Virus record (IMG/VR): IMGVR_UViG_3300039106_000244
Location: 1-64,000 of that record
Strand: one strand, 5' to 3'
Length of the DNA: 64,000 bases
From: a virus
The notes under the pieces were generated by a model. The model saw only the letters and a list, made by a program, of their open reading frames with translations. It was not told where the DNA came from and searched no databases. Positions 8,853-17,857 of the stretch are shown here, piece by piece. The position numbers and the translations under genes were made by a program. Position 1 is the first letter of the stretch, and the number at the start of each line of letters is the position of its first letter.

Positions 8853-9200
8853 GTGACAATTAACGCTTACATTTTTGCTTGGGACAATACAGGCATCGAA
8901 GCTGTTATTCCAATTACGCAGTATGAGCAAGTTGATCGCGATAACACAATGCGCATACTAGGTAATGAGCCGACTATACGTAATCCGGTGAATGGTATTT
9001 TACAAATGCTGATACTACGTGCTAAAGCAAATCCGCAACGTCACTATGAAATCTATAGTGTGGATTGTAATATTGAGTTAGATGAAGAATACTGGAAAGA
9101 AGCATGGGAAAGTGATCCGCAAGGGTGTGCTGACTTAGTGCGTGAACGTGGCATTAAATTATACAGTGACAGACAAACGTCTAAGCCTGTAATTAGTTAA
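8853..9200 (+). CDS. Hypothetical phage protein
   Basis: GTG start with GGAG RBS; contains LILRAKANPQRHYEIY. Confidence 0.75.
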   Translation: MTINAYIFAWDNTGIEAVIPITQYEQVDRDNTMRILGNEPTIRNPVNGILQMLILRAKANPQRHYEIYSVDCNIELDEEYWKEAWESDPQGCADLVRERGIKLYSDRQTSKPVIS

Positions 9201-9208
9201 GGAATAGT

Positions 9209-9445
9209 ATGAACGAACGAATTAGAGAAATTGCAGAACAAGCTACAATTCAAGAAGGCAGTCATGGTGCGTTTGGTGAACCAACTATAAATGAATATGT
9301 TGATTTAGAAAAGTTAGCTGAGTTGATTGTTCTTGAAATGTGTAATGTGTTAGACAAAGCACAGTGGGACAAAGGTGAAGATTGGGTCTGTGCTGATGGC
9401 ACACGGATCATACCGCAGATTAAAGAACATTTCGGAGTTGAATAA
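9209..9445 (+). CDS. Small phage protein, MNERI...KEHFGV family, copy 1
   Basis: Shares MNERI, EK.AELI and IKEHFGV blocks with the next ORF. Confidence 0.8.
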   Translation: MNERIREIAEQATIQEGSHGAFGEPTINEYVDLEKLAELIVLEMCNVLDKAQWDKGEDWVCADGTRIIPQIKEHFGVE

Positions 9446-9657
9446 TGAACGAACGAATTAAAGAACTATTGTTAAAAGTTGTTCATATGCAAGGTGAGGA
9501 TGGTGAATATTTGCCGTCTTTAGTTACAGAAGAACACATAGAAAAGTTTGCTGAGTTGATTATTAAAAAATGTTGCAAAATGATGATTGATTTAGAAATC
9601 AAATATCCAGCTAATCTTACTGTGCGAGATATTAAAGAACATTTTGGAGTTAAATGA
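9445..9657 (+). CDS. Small phage protein, MNERI...KEHFGV family, copy 2
   Basis: Tandem paralog of 9209-9445. Confidence 0.8.
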   Translation: MNERIKELLLKVVHMQGEDGEYLPSLVTEEHIEKFAELIIKKCCKMMIDLEIKYPANLTVRDIKEHFGVK

Positions 9658-9869
9658 TGGATAAACAGGAATTATGCGACCAGCTTAAAGCTATCTCAGA
9701 TAGTATTGCAAAACTTGAATCTAGCTTGCCGTATGATTATGAACAGCATGACCCGGACAATGCGTTCTTAGCAGAAATACGCCAGAACATTTACGTGGTA
9801 CGCAGACAGCTTGGTAATGTACGTGAATCAGTTAAAGATCCACGCAATTGGATAAGGGGATGTAAATAA
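9654..9869 (+). CDS. Hypothetical helical protein
   Basis: ATGA overlap and GGAG RBS. Confidence 0.7.
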   Translation: MMDKQELCDQLKAISDSIAKLESSLPYDYEQHDPDNAFLAEIRQNIYVVRRQLGNVRESVKDPRNWIRGCK

Positions 9870-9878
9870 TGGAGTTAA

Positions 9879-11369
9879 GTGATTAATAAAAAAATTCTTT
9901 GTTTAGGAAATAGCTCCGAAGATACCGACCTCAGAGCTAAACAAATTGCGTACGAGCAAAATTTGTCTTATCACGGACTATTAACCGAATTTAGAGATAC
10001 AGTTGCAGGATGTTATCAAACCAGTGTGTATGATATGGCATATGGCGAGTTGATTGAATTAGCTAATAGTATAGATGAATTAATAATTTTAGATCAGGCC
10101 AAAGAAACGTATTTAGATGAACATGCGTTTTATCAAACTATAAGTTTAGGTAAACAATTAAAGTCTATATGCAATGTTATATTTTTAGATACGTCATTTA
10201 ATGATACAATTGAGGACGAGTTAAAAACAAATAAAAGTATATGCATATTACCGTTTATACAGTCAGTTACTATAAATGGCAATTTACATACTTGCTGTAG
10301 ATCTGATAATCCTTTATCAAAATTTGATCCGTTAATTAAATATTCTGATGATAGTAATCGCAATTTAATTAAGCAGAAAATGATAGCAGGTGAAAATTTA
10401 GATCACTATTGTAAAATATGTTATGATCTCGAAGATAAAGAAATTGTAAGTCCGCGAATTACACAAACAATCGAATGGGCAAATAGATTAAACATAAAAA
10501 ATATCAATGAATTAAGTCAACTAACTGGTCCAATATATTATGATATACAAGCAGGTAACAAGTGTAATCTAATGTGTAGAATGTGCAATTCCGATTATAG
10601 TAGTCTAATTGCAAAAGAAAATCAGAAACTAAAAATTGTTAATGATACCGATTATCAATACACTGGTTTTGATATTATTGATATTGAGAAAATAGAAAAA
10701 TTATATGTTGCAGGTGGTGAGCCGACAATTATGCCGGAACTGCATAAATTTTTAGAAGAATGTATAGCAAAGAAAAAAACAAATTTTGAAATACAACTTA
10801 ATACAAATGCAGTATCATTGAGTACTAAATTTAAATCTCTTATAAAACATTTTAGTAATTTTAATTTTGAAATTAGCGTCGACGGATATGACTTGGTTAA
10901 TCAATATATTCGGTGGCCTACTAAGTGGAATAAATTAATTAATAATATTGATTATTTGCATAACGCAGGATATAAAATATCATTTAATTCTGTTGTTTCA
11001 ATATATAATATTGCTAGTTTACATTCAACTATTAATTTTTTAAGCAATCGTTATAAGAATTTGCCAATACATTTAACTGAAGTAGATTTTCAAGATAATA
11101 TATTATCACCGTATGTATTTCCAAATGCTACACTTGTTATTGTTGAGTTAGATAAAATTAAAAAATTAGATGCATATAAAAATGATCGTGTATTAAAAAG
11201 TAAGATAGATGAATACTTAGATTATTTTACAAATAGTCATAAGGTTGATTTAATAACGCTAGCGGCATTTTTTAAGTACAATGATAAATTAGATGTAGCA
11301 AGAGATATACAGCTGGTAGATTATATACCAGAATTAGAACAATGTCGGTTAATAAAAGGAGTTAAATAA
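9879..11369 (+). CDS. Radical SAM enzyme with N-terminal twitch/SPASM-like Cys cluster and an extra N-terminal domain
   Basis: CILPF..TCC..CKIC followed by CNLMCRMC, AGGEP, LNTN, SVDG and YIRWP. Confidence 0.88.
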   Translation: MINKKILCLGNSSEDTDLRAKQIAYEQNLSYHGLLTEFRDTVAGCYQTSVYDMAYGELIELANSIDELIILDQAKETYLDEHAFYQTISLGKQLKSICNVIFLDTSFNDTIEDELKTNKSICILPFIQSVTINGNLHTCCRSDNPLSKFDPLIKYSDDSNRNLIKQKMIAGENLDHYCKICYDLEDKEIVSPRITQTIEWANRLNIKNINELSQLTGPIYYDIQAGNKCNLMCRMCNSDYSSLIAKENQKLKIVNDTDYQYTGFDIIDIEKIEKLYVAGGEPTIMPELHKFLEECIAKKKTNFEIQLNTNAVSLSTKFKSLIKHFSNFNFEISVDGYDLVNQYIRWPTKWNKLINNIDYLHNAGYKISFNSVVSIYNIASLHSTINFLSNRYKNLPIHLTEVDFQDNILSPYVFPNATLVIVELDKIKKLDAYKNDRVLKSKIDEYLDYFTNSHKVDLITLAAFFKYNDKLDVARDIQLVDYIPELEQCRLIKGVK

Positions 11370-11782
11370 TGCCAACATATTGGAATACAATACAGAAAAT
11401 TAAACGTGTAGAAGCCATGGCAAATAAGATGGGCTTTGAATTTTCTCCAGGACGAGGTCACTACATAGATAGCGGCGACTCTATTCATCTCGTTCCATTA
11501 GGCGATGCACTTCCACACTACAGACGTGGTGCTGAGATTTTTAGTGGGTCAGTCGAAGACATTGGTACTTGGTTAGAAGGATTACTGTGGGCTCGTAACT
11601 ATGATGAGATGCTTAGAGTTAGCAATGAAAAGAAACGTACAGAACGTGAACAGACTGAACGTAACAAACAGTTAATGAAAACGATTAAGTCAGGTAAGTT
11701 AGTCGAAGGTCCACTCGGATATGGTGATGACGATGACATCGATTCGGACGAAGAAGATGAATATGATCAAATCCCATTTTAG
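11369..11782 (+). CDS. Hypothetical protein with an acidic SSB-like C-terminal tail
   Basis: Ends GDDDDIDSDEEDEYDQIPF. Confidence 0.75.
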   Translation: MPTYWNTIQKIKRVEAMANKMGFEFSPGRGHYIDSGDSIHLVPLGDALPHYRRGAEIFSGSVEDIGTWLEGLLWARNYDEMLRVSNEKKRTEREQTERNKQLMKTIKSGKLVEGPLGYGDDDDIDSDEEDEYDQIPF

Positions 11783-11791
11783 GAAAATATA

Positions 11792-12247
11792 ATGACAAAA
11801 CTAATCGACGCATTGCCAGACGCATTAACAGACTGCACTAAAGAACAAGCACCGTGGACTACATTAGTAGAAGAGGATTTCCACATTGCTATTTTCAAAG
11901 ACGGTTTTCCTGTTAGTAATGGCCACTTGCTCTTTGTGCCAAAGTATAATACAATAGATATATTAGCCGACGCAGTAGCCGATGCTGTTGCACAAGGACA
12001 ACGTTTAGTAGCCACAGGTAAGTGCGATGGATACAACATTGGTATTAATATTGGTGCGGCGGCCGGACAAACAGTTGCGTGGCCACATGTGCATATGATT
12101 CCGAGGTACGAAGGTGATGTAACTGACCCACGTGGCGGTGTACGAAATGTTATTCCTCGCTTAGGCAATTACAAGCGTGAAGGTATTAGTGATGCGTATG
12201 ATGAAGTAAACAAATGGTACGGTGGTTTTGGTGATTCACGAGATTAA
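11792..12247 (+). CDS. HIT family nucleotide hydrolase
   Basis: DGFPVSNGHLLFVPK and GYNIGINIGAAAGQTVAWPHVHMIPR (first His of the triad replaced by Trp). Confidence 0.88.
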   Translation: MTKLIDALPDALTDCTKEQAPWTTLVEEDFHIAIFKDGFPVSNGHLLFVPKYNTIDILADAVADAVAQGQRLVATGKCDGYNIGINIGAAAGQTVAWPHVHMIPRYEGDVTDPRGGVRNVIPRLGNYKREGISDAYDEVNKWYGGFGDSRD

Positions 12248-12753
12248 TGGAGAATAAAATGAACTTAAAAGATTTCATGGAAGTAATTGATTACAAAATC
12301 ACAGAAGGTAGTGAGTATCAGTGGTCTTGTTTTGGTAACAATGCATACACATTAGATAGTTGGAATGGCGAACAAGACGGGCATACTGTATCAGCAATAT
12401 TTGATACTAAAGATCAAACGGTATATACAATGATGGCATATGATTACATTGCAAATCGTGCATATCGTTGGATGAATCCAGAGTTTATTACAGTTTATAA
12501 AGCAGAATGTGAAAGCAGAAACTGCAATGACGAAGCATGGGAACATGTTGAATATGTTGACTTAGAAGTCGAAGAAGACTTTTTAGAAAAAGCACGTGCA
12601 ATCGTATTAGGGTCAGACTACGATACACGTATTCAAGTTCCGTTAGACTTTGACAAAGAAACAACGTTTCAACTTATGCAACTTGCGCACAAAGCAGACT
12701 TAACGCTTAATAAGTATGTTGAGAAAATTCTACGTGATGAATTAGGAGTATAA
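12247..12753 (+). CDS. Hypothetical phage protein, possible C-terminal ribbon-helix-helix
   Basis: 168-aa ORF with C-terminal IQVPLDF..LMQLAHKADLTLNKYVEKIL. Confidence 0.7.
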   Translation: MENKMNLKDFMEVIDYKITEGSEYQWSCFGNNAYTLDSWNGEQDGHTVSAIFDTKDQTVYTMMAYDYIANRAYRWMNPEFITVYKAECESRNCNDEAWEHVEYVDLEVEEDFLEKARAIVLGSDYDTRIQVPLDFDKETTFQLMQLAHKADLTLNKYVEKILRDELGV

Positions 12754-12754
12754 T

Positions 12755-12919
12755 ATGAATCCAGATAAAAATGAATGGGGTGTATGGAAGACTGCATATA
12801 AACACGTAGTTACAGTTCCGGGTGGTCATGTGTTTATTAATCCTATCGAAGAGCGATTAAAGACTGGTGACTTTACAGAAGCCAATGCTGAACTTGCTCG
12901 CATTATGAAGTTGAAATAA
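12755..12919 (+). CDS. Hypothetical 54-aa protein (not in ORF track)
   Basis: MNPDKNEWGVWKTAYKH...ARIMKLK; AGGAG RBS and TAATG coupling to the next gene. Confidence 0.7.
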   Translation: MNPDKNEWGVWKTAYKHVVTVPGGHVFINPIEERLKTGDFTEANAELARIMKLK

Positions 12920-13137
12920 TGTTCGAATATAGTTGGGACCTAGACACAAATGATCCAATGATTATATTGTTTAAGCATAACAGCAAAGTGGTGCAACGTG
13001 TATTTCTTGGTGAGGCAATGGAAATGGCAGGTAAAACTGCCGTAATGAAACATGTTAATGCATGCAATAATACTCCATGGCTTATTACGTGGCATGACGA
13101 AATGTGGACTGCTCTTAAAGATACAAAGGCGATATAA
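12919..13137 (+). CDS. Hypothetical protein
   Basis: Translationally coupled ORF. Confidence 0.65.
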   Translation: MFEYSWDLDTNDPMIILFKHNSKVVQRVFLGEAMEMAGKTAVMKHVNACNNTPWLITWHDEMWTALKDTKAI

Positions 13138-13589
13138 TGGAAGAAGTTTATTACAAAAAAGTTGGTAATAAGTATGTTGCAGTTAGTTACTACAATCACG
13201 AAGTTATGGATAGTGTCCCGCTTGGCTCGCATCTTATAATTAAGCGTGAAGGAAGTACAAGTCGACGCAACAATATTACTCCAGCGTTTGCTCCTATGAT
13301 TGCAGCTGGATATTATGCCGAGTCTGCCATCGTTGCGTCAATTGTAAAAGCAAGTGAGCTACGTCCGACTAATAAACTGCCGTTAACTCCTAAGCAAGCA
13401 GAAGCGTGGCATGCGTTAGCGGAAGCGTTTGGTACAGAAACACATGCGCTGACTTATGGTAGCTATCAAGATGCGGCTTCAGCGGGTGTTAAAGCAATGA
13501 CTGTCGAAGCAGAGAAGTTACTTGCGCATCCATCGGTACGTGCCGCATATAATCACTTTTTACTAACTTGCGAGCTTGTTAATGCTTAA
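13137..13589 (+). CDS. Hypothetical phage protein
   Basis: Coupled 150-aa ORF. Confidence 0.7.
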   Translation: MEEVYYKKVGNKYVAVSYYNHEVMDSVPLGSHLIIKREGSTSRRNNITPAFAPMIAAGYYAESAIVASIVKASELRPTNKLPLTPKQAEAWHALAEAFGTETHALTYGSYQDAASAGVKAMTVEAEKLLAHPSVRAAYNHFLLTCELVNA

Positions 13590-13875
13590 ACACAATGAGC
13601 CAAACCCGTTAAACATACACGGGTTACGACAAGTTAATCACTGTCCGCCGCACTTCACTCCTGTGATATTTAATCTTGTAGTACAAGAGAAAGACTTAAT
13701 CGACTGGCTATATGAAAACTTAGAAGGACGTTTCTACTCTGGACAAATTGATGTTAGACAAGAGTCTGGTGTTATCGCACGTCAGCAATGTATTGCATTT
13801 GAACAATCCTCTGAAGCGAGCTATTTCGCAATGTTCTTAACACAAATTAATTCAATAAAATACCTTATTTTCTAG
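13582..13875 (+). CDS. Hypothetical phage protein
   Basis: ATG at 13582; contains PNPLN..PPHF..WLYENLEGRFY..AFE..EASYF. Confidence 0.7.
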   Translation: MLKHNEPNPLNIHGLRQVNHCPPHFTPVIFNLVVQEKDLIDWLYENLEGRFYSGQIDVRQESGVIARQQCIAFEQSSEASYFAMFLTQINSIKYLIF

Positions 13876-13936
13876 AAAATATTTCCACCTGATATAAGTT
13901 GGTTAAATACAGTTGTCCCTAAGGAGAACTTTTTAA

Positions 13937-14191
13937 ATGGCTAATACAGAAACACCCGTAGCAGACGATTCCACGCCTGTTGCATCAGCTGAAACACCAC
14001 AACCAGCACCAAGTTTAACACTTCAAGATTTAATTTTTGTTGCACAAATCATTCAATTTACCAGTCAACGCGGCGTTTATAAAGCCGAAGAGTTACAAAA
14101 CGTTGGCACACTTTATAACAAATTAATTGCATTTTTAGACAGCGTTGGTGCAATTACTAAGACAGACCAGACTGCTGCACCGGAGAATTAA
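13937..14191 (+). CDS. Hypothetical phage protein
   Basis: TAAATA at 13904 and AAGGAG RBS; contains LTLQDL...RGVYKAEEL..VG.LYNKL. Confidence 0.75.
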   Translation: MANTETPVADDSTPVASAETPQPAPSLTLQDLIFVAQIIQFTSQRGVYKAEELQNVGTLYNKLIAFLDSVGAITKTDQTAAPEN

Positions 14192-14192
14192 G

Positions 14193-14834
14193 ATGATTAA
14201 GCACGTAGGTAAACACAATAACAAGCGAGTTGTTATTGCATATAAGCAAGTCCCAGATGAAGATCATATGTGTTTGGTAATTTACAGTGAATCATTACCA
14301 ATGCGTATACACGATGAAGTAATGAAAGTATTAGAAAGTGCCGCAGGTCAAGATGCAAATGACTTTGCTGATGCATTATTCCGTCATACTATGCCAGATG
14401 GTGTTAATTGCTTAAATGCAATTCATCGTGGTGGATTGCTATCTAAAGTACCAACTAACCAAGTTATTGTAACACCGACTACAGCTAGCTCAGTGCGTTT
14501 AGATGAACTAAACACAATCTTAGCAGAAATTGCTAAAGGCAAAGAAGCTACTGATAAATTAGCTAAAGCAGATGCAGGGCAACGATACGAAGGTAGAGAA
14601 TTAGGTGAACCAGCAAGAGTCACAGAAAGTGTAAATACTACATCGGCTAGTATTAATACAGATGGTGTATTATCTGATGCCGACATTGCAAATCAGCGGT
14701 TAGCACAAGCTGACAAAATGGAGGCCGAAGCTAAATCATTATTAGCAGAAGCAAAACGTTTAAAAGAAGAAGCAAAATCACTTGCCCCAAAGAGACCAAA
14801 TGTCAGAAAATCTACCAAAAAAGCCACGGCGTAA
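14193..14834 (+). CDS. Hypothetical phage protein with C-terminal coiled coil
   Basis: Probable start MIKHVGKH at 14193 after GGAG. Confidence 0.75.
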   Translation: MIKHVGKHNNKRVVIAYKQVPDEDHMCLVIYSESLPMRIHDEVMKVLESAAGQDANDFADALFRHTMPDGVNCLNAIHRGGLLSKVPTNQVIVTPTTASSVRLDELNTILAEIAKGKEATDKLAKADAGQRYEGRELGEPARVTESVNTTSASINTDGVLSDADIANQRLAQADKMEAEAKSLLAEAKRLKEEAKSLAPKRPNVRKSTKKATA

Positions 14835-15150
14835 ACCAACCCCGGGCAAGAAACTTAATTTAAATATTAAGAAGCGTTGGCAAGATATTGTTAGAGATGT
14901 TGATAAAAAGGAAGTACCGGTTGAAGTCTTACTACGAATTATTGTAAGACTTATTGATGGTACAGATCTTTCTATTGATGTTAGACAATTACTTGATGAT
15001 GGACAATCGGCTGAGGAAATCGAAGAATTACTCAATGAGAAATTCAGAGACCTCGACGAGTATATTGAAAATGTAGACTTCTTTATTGATATTGATAAAG
15101 TAGTTAGCACGGTGCAACCCGAGACTGACAAGGCACTAAAGAATCTATGA
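14800..15150 (+). CDS. Hypothetical phage protein
   Basis: Probable start MSENLPKK; ATGA overlap with DHFR. Confidence 0.7.
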   Translation: MSENLPKKPRRKPTPGKKLNLNIKKRWQDIVRDVDKKEVPVEVLLRIIVRLIDGTDLSIDVRQLLDDGQSAEEIEELLNEKFRDLDEYIENVDFFIDIDKVVSTVQPETDKALKNL

Positions 15151-15650
15151 TTATATCAATTTTAGCTTCTACCAGTACCGGCGGTATTGGGAATCGTGGT
15201 ACCTTGCCTTGGCCCAAGCATTCCGAAGATATGAAATGGTTTGCGCAACATACTACAGGTCAAATTGTTGTTATGGGGCGCAATACATGGGATGATCCTA
15301 AGATGCCCAAGCCATTGCCCAATCGTGAAAATTATGTTGTTAGTAGTAAACATGTAGCACAGCAATATCAACATTTAGTAAAGTGGATTCCGAGTAGCGC
15401 CGTAGAGAATATACTACAGTTGCAAAAGGATAATCCAAAGAAAGATGTTTATATTATCGGTGGTAAACAGTTATACGAAGCAACAGAAAGCATTGTAGAT
15501 AGAGTTTATCTTACTCGTATTAAAGGTGCTTGGTTTACTGATACCCGTATACAGTTAGATAGTATGCTTGCATGTTTTCAAATTAAGTCAGTTACGCCCG
15601 GCGACAACTGCACATACGAAACGTGGGACCGCATAATGTTTTTTAAATAG
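15147..15650 (+). CDS. folA: Dihydrofolate reductase
   Basis: GIGNRGTLPW, DMKWF, VVMGRNTW, PLPNRENYVVS and IIGG. Confidence 0.95.
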   Translation: MIISILASTSTGGIGNRGTLPWPKHSEDMKWFAQHTTGQIVVMGRNTWDDPKMPKPLPNRENYVVSSKHVAQQYQHLVKWIPSSAVENILQLQKDNPKKDVYIIGGKQLYEATESIVDRVYLTRIKGAWFTDTRIQLDSMLACFQIKSVTPGDNCTYETWDRIMFFK

Positions 15651-15679
15651 TTGACCTTTAAAACTATCACTGTTATACT
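15651..15679 (+). promoter_or_regulatory. sigma70-type promoter, probably giving a leaderless thyA mRNA
   Basis: TTGACC-N17-TATACT with TG; the ATG is 6 nt after the -10. Confidence 0.7.
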
Positions 15680-15685
15680 ATTAGT

Positions 15686-16534
15686 ATGAAAACATATCTC
15701 GATTCACTCAAATTTGTACTAGATAATGGTACAGTAAGACCAGACCGCACATCAACAGGAACTATTGGTGTGTTTGGTATGCAACAACGTTACGATCTAT
15801 CACAGTCCTTTCCTGCTATTACTACTAAAAAACTAGCATGGAAGGCTGTTGTCTCTGAACTACTTTGGTTTATTGAAGGTAGTGGCGATGAACGTAGGCT
15901 CGCAGAACTACTGCACGGCACACGTGATGACAGTAAGCGTACAATATGGACAGACAATGCAACATCTCCATATTGGATTCTTAAATCTACATTCAAAGGC
16001 GACTTAGGTAGAGTCTACGGGGTGCAGTGGCGACATTGGCGAACACCAGACGGAACGGAAGTGGACCAACTAGCAGAACTTATCCACAATATTAAAACAG
16101 ACCCACACGGACGACGACATATACTAACAGCGTGGAATCCTGGAGAATTAAGCTCTATGGCTCTACCACCGTGTCACTGTTTTGCCCAGTTTTATGTTAG
16201 TGCCGACAATAAGTTGTCGTGTCAATTATACCAGCGATCATGCGATATGTTTTTAGGTGTTCCTTTTAACATAGCGTCCTATTCACTTCTAACACACATG
16301 ATTGCGCAAGTGTGCGGACTTGGAGTAGGCGAATTCGTTCACGTTCTCGGTGATGCCCACGTATATTTGAATCATGTAGATCAGGTAAACGAACAACTGC
16401 AACGTGAACCATTACCTGCGCCACAACTTTGGATTAATCCAGATGTTACTGACATAAATCACTTTACTATGAAGGATTTTAGACTAGATGGCTATAACTC
16501 ACTTGCTGCTATCTTGGCACCAATGGCTATATAA
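15686..16534 (+). CDS. thyA: Thymidylate synthase
   Basis: DRTSTGT, ELLWF, YGVQWR, RR, MALPPCH, YQRSCDMFLGVPFNIASY and GDAHVYLNH. Confidence 0.97.
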   Translation: MKTYLDSLKFVLDNGTVRPDRTSTGTIGVFGMQQRYDLSQSFPAITTKKLAWKAVVSELLWFIEGSGDERRLAELLHGTRDDSKRTIWTDNATSPYWILKSTFKGDLGRVYGVQWRHWRTPDGTEVDQLAELIHNIKTDPHGRRHILTAWNPGELSSMALPPCHCFAQFYVSADNKLSCQLYQRSCDMFLGVPFNIASYSLLTHMIAQVCGLGVGEFVHVLGDAHVYLNHVDQVNEQLQREPLPAPQLWINPDVTDINHFTMKDFRLDGYNSLAAILAPMAI

Positions 16535-17529
16535 TGATAATTGGTATCGTATCCGATCATGCAATTGGTGGGACATTTTTATCTTGGTCATTACATTACC
16601 TTGCAGGACATAGAACTTATTTTTCTACAGTAAAAAAAGAATATAACAAATTGCCCGATAACCCGCTAACTGATATAAATGCACATATCTTTGATAATCA
16701 AGTTGAGACACTAACACAATTTACTGAGTATATTGATTTAATAACTGAGATACCAACTAATTTATTTCATTCTGTGTATTTTCATAATTTAAATAATGGT
16801 ACAGTAGCCACATCATCCATCTGTATAGATACAACAAAAGCAATTGATCAATTACAAACAATAACAGAGAACGTAATATTGTTATACAATCAACCATCTC
16901 GAGCATTGTACTATTCAAAATTTCAATGCAGAGATTTATCAGTGAAAATGAATAAAATAGATGAAGTTAATAATAATTTCAATGACCATCATAATGATTT
17001 CATTGATACATTCTTTAATGAATCAAAGACAGCATGGGAACAGTCGGGATTAACAAATACATGGGATTATAGAGAATTTTTAGCATTAAATCTAAGACCG
17101 TATGATGTTATATCTATCGTCCCAAATTTTAATTTTACTAAAAAGCATTATCCATTGGATTGTTTTGAATTATTTAATAATTTTGATAAGACAGTAATAA
17201 GTTTATTTGATTTTTTAGAATTAAAAATTGATAGTAGTAGATGGAATAATTGGCTTACTGTTTATAATCAATGGAAAGAATTACACACAGATAGAATATT
17301 ATTTGTAGACTATTTTGATCAGATAATAGATGCTATTCTTAACAATTATTATATGGAATTAAGTCGGTTTAATTTAGACATTGTGCAAGAAGCGGCTATT
17401 CAACATGTATTGCTTTACAAACACGGGCTAACATTTAGAGCCCGGGGATTAGAAAAATTCAACAATACACAAGATTTACATTTATTATTAGAACCAAATA
17501 TATATCATGATGTGAAGGATTATTTATAA
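16534..17529 (+). CDS. Hypothetical protein, possibly sulfotransferase-like P-loop fold
   Basis: N-terminal beta-strand plus IGGTFLSWSL resembles the 5'-PSB loop; visibly AT-rich. Confidence 0.4.
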   Translation: MIIGIVSDHAIGGTFLSWSLHYLAGHRTYFSTVKKEYNKLPDNPLTDINAHIFDNQVETLTQFTEYIDLITEIPTNLFHSVYFHNLNNGTVATSSICIDTTKAIDQLQTITENVILLYNQPSRALYYSKFQCRDLSVKMNKIDEVNNNFNDHHNDFIDTFFNESKTAWEQSGLTNTWDYREFLALNLRPYDVISIVPNFNFTKKHYPLDCFELFNNFDKTVISLFDFLELKIDSSRWNNWLTVYNQWKELHTDRILFVDYFDQIIDAILNNYYMELSRFNLDIVQEAAIQHVLLYKHGLTFRARGLEKFNNTQDLHLLLEPNIYHDVKDYL

Positions 17530-17530
17530 A

Positions 17531-17857
17531 ATGGCTATGAATCGCTCGCAAGCATTAAATCACCGATGGCAGTCTAAAGAAGCTAATACTCATCGTGTGC
17601 GGTTTTTTACAAAAATGGTAGATATAGATGAAGCTTCTGACATGCACAATAATGAGATATTTTGGAAGGTTGCAGAAGAATTTAAACTAACTCCGCAGGC
17701 GCAATGGGTTGATGATAATGACATTAAACTTGCATTTATGGAAGGTGAAATATATTATACCTGGGGTAAGATGTGTATTATATACGGCGATATTACCGAA
17801 CGACAATATGTAGATTATAGTTTGCGATTTTTTGTACACCAAACGGATTGGAAATGA
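17531..17857 (+). CDS. Hypothetical phage protein
   Basis: 108-aa ORF; the start may be 17537. Confidence 0.7.
   Translation: MAMNRSQALNHRWQSKEANTHRVRFFTKMVDIDEASDMHNNEIFWKVAEEFKLTPQAQWVDDNDIKLAFMEGEIYYTWGKMCIIYGDITERQYVDYSLRFFVHQTDWK

Noticed and set aside
15686-16534. ThyA as a dCMP/dUMP hydroxymethylase supplying a handle for DNA glycosylation
   Set aside because: It keeps the canonical PFNIASY Asn (dUMP specificity) and is paired with DHFR, so it looks like an ordinary thymidylate synthase. DNA as the acceptor is not supported from this window, though not excluded.
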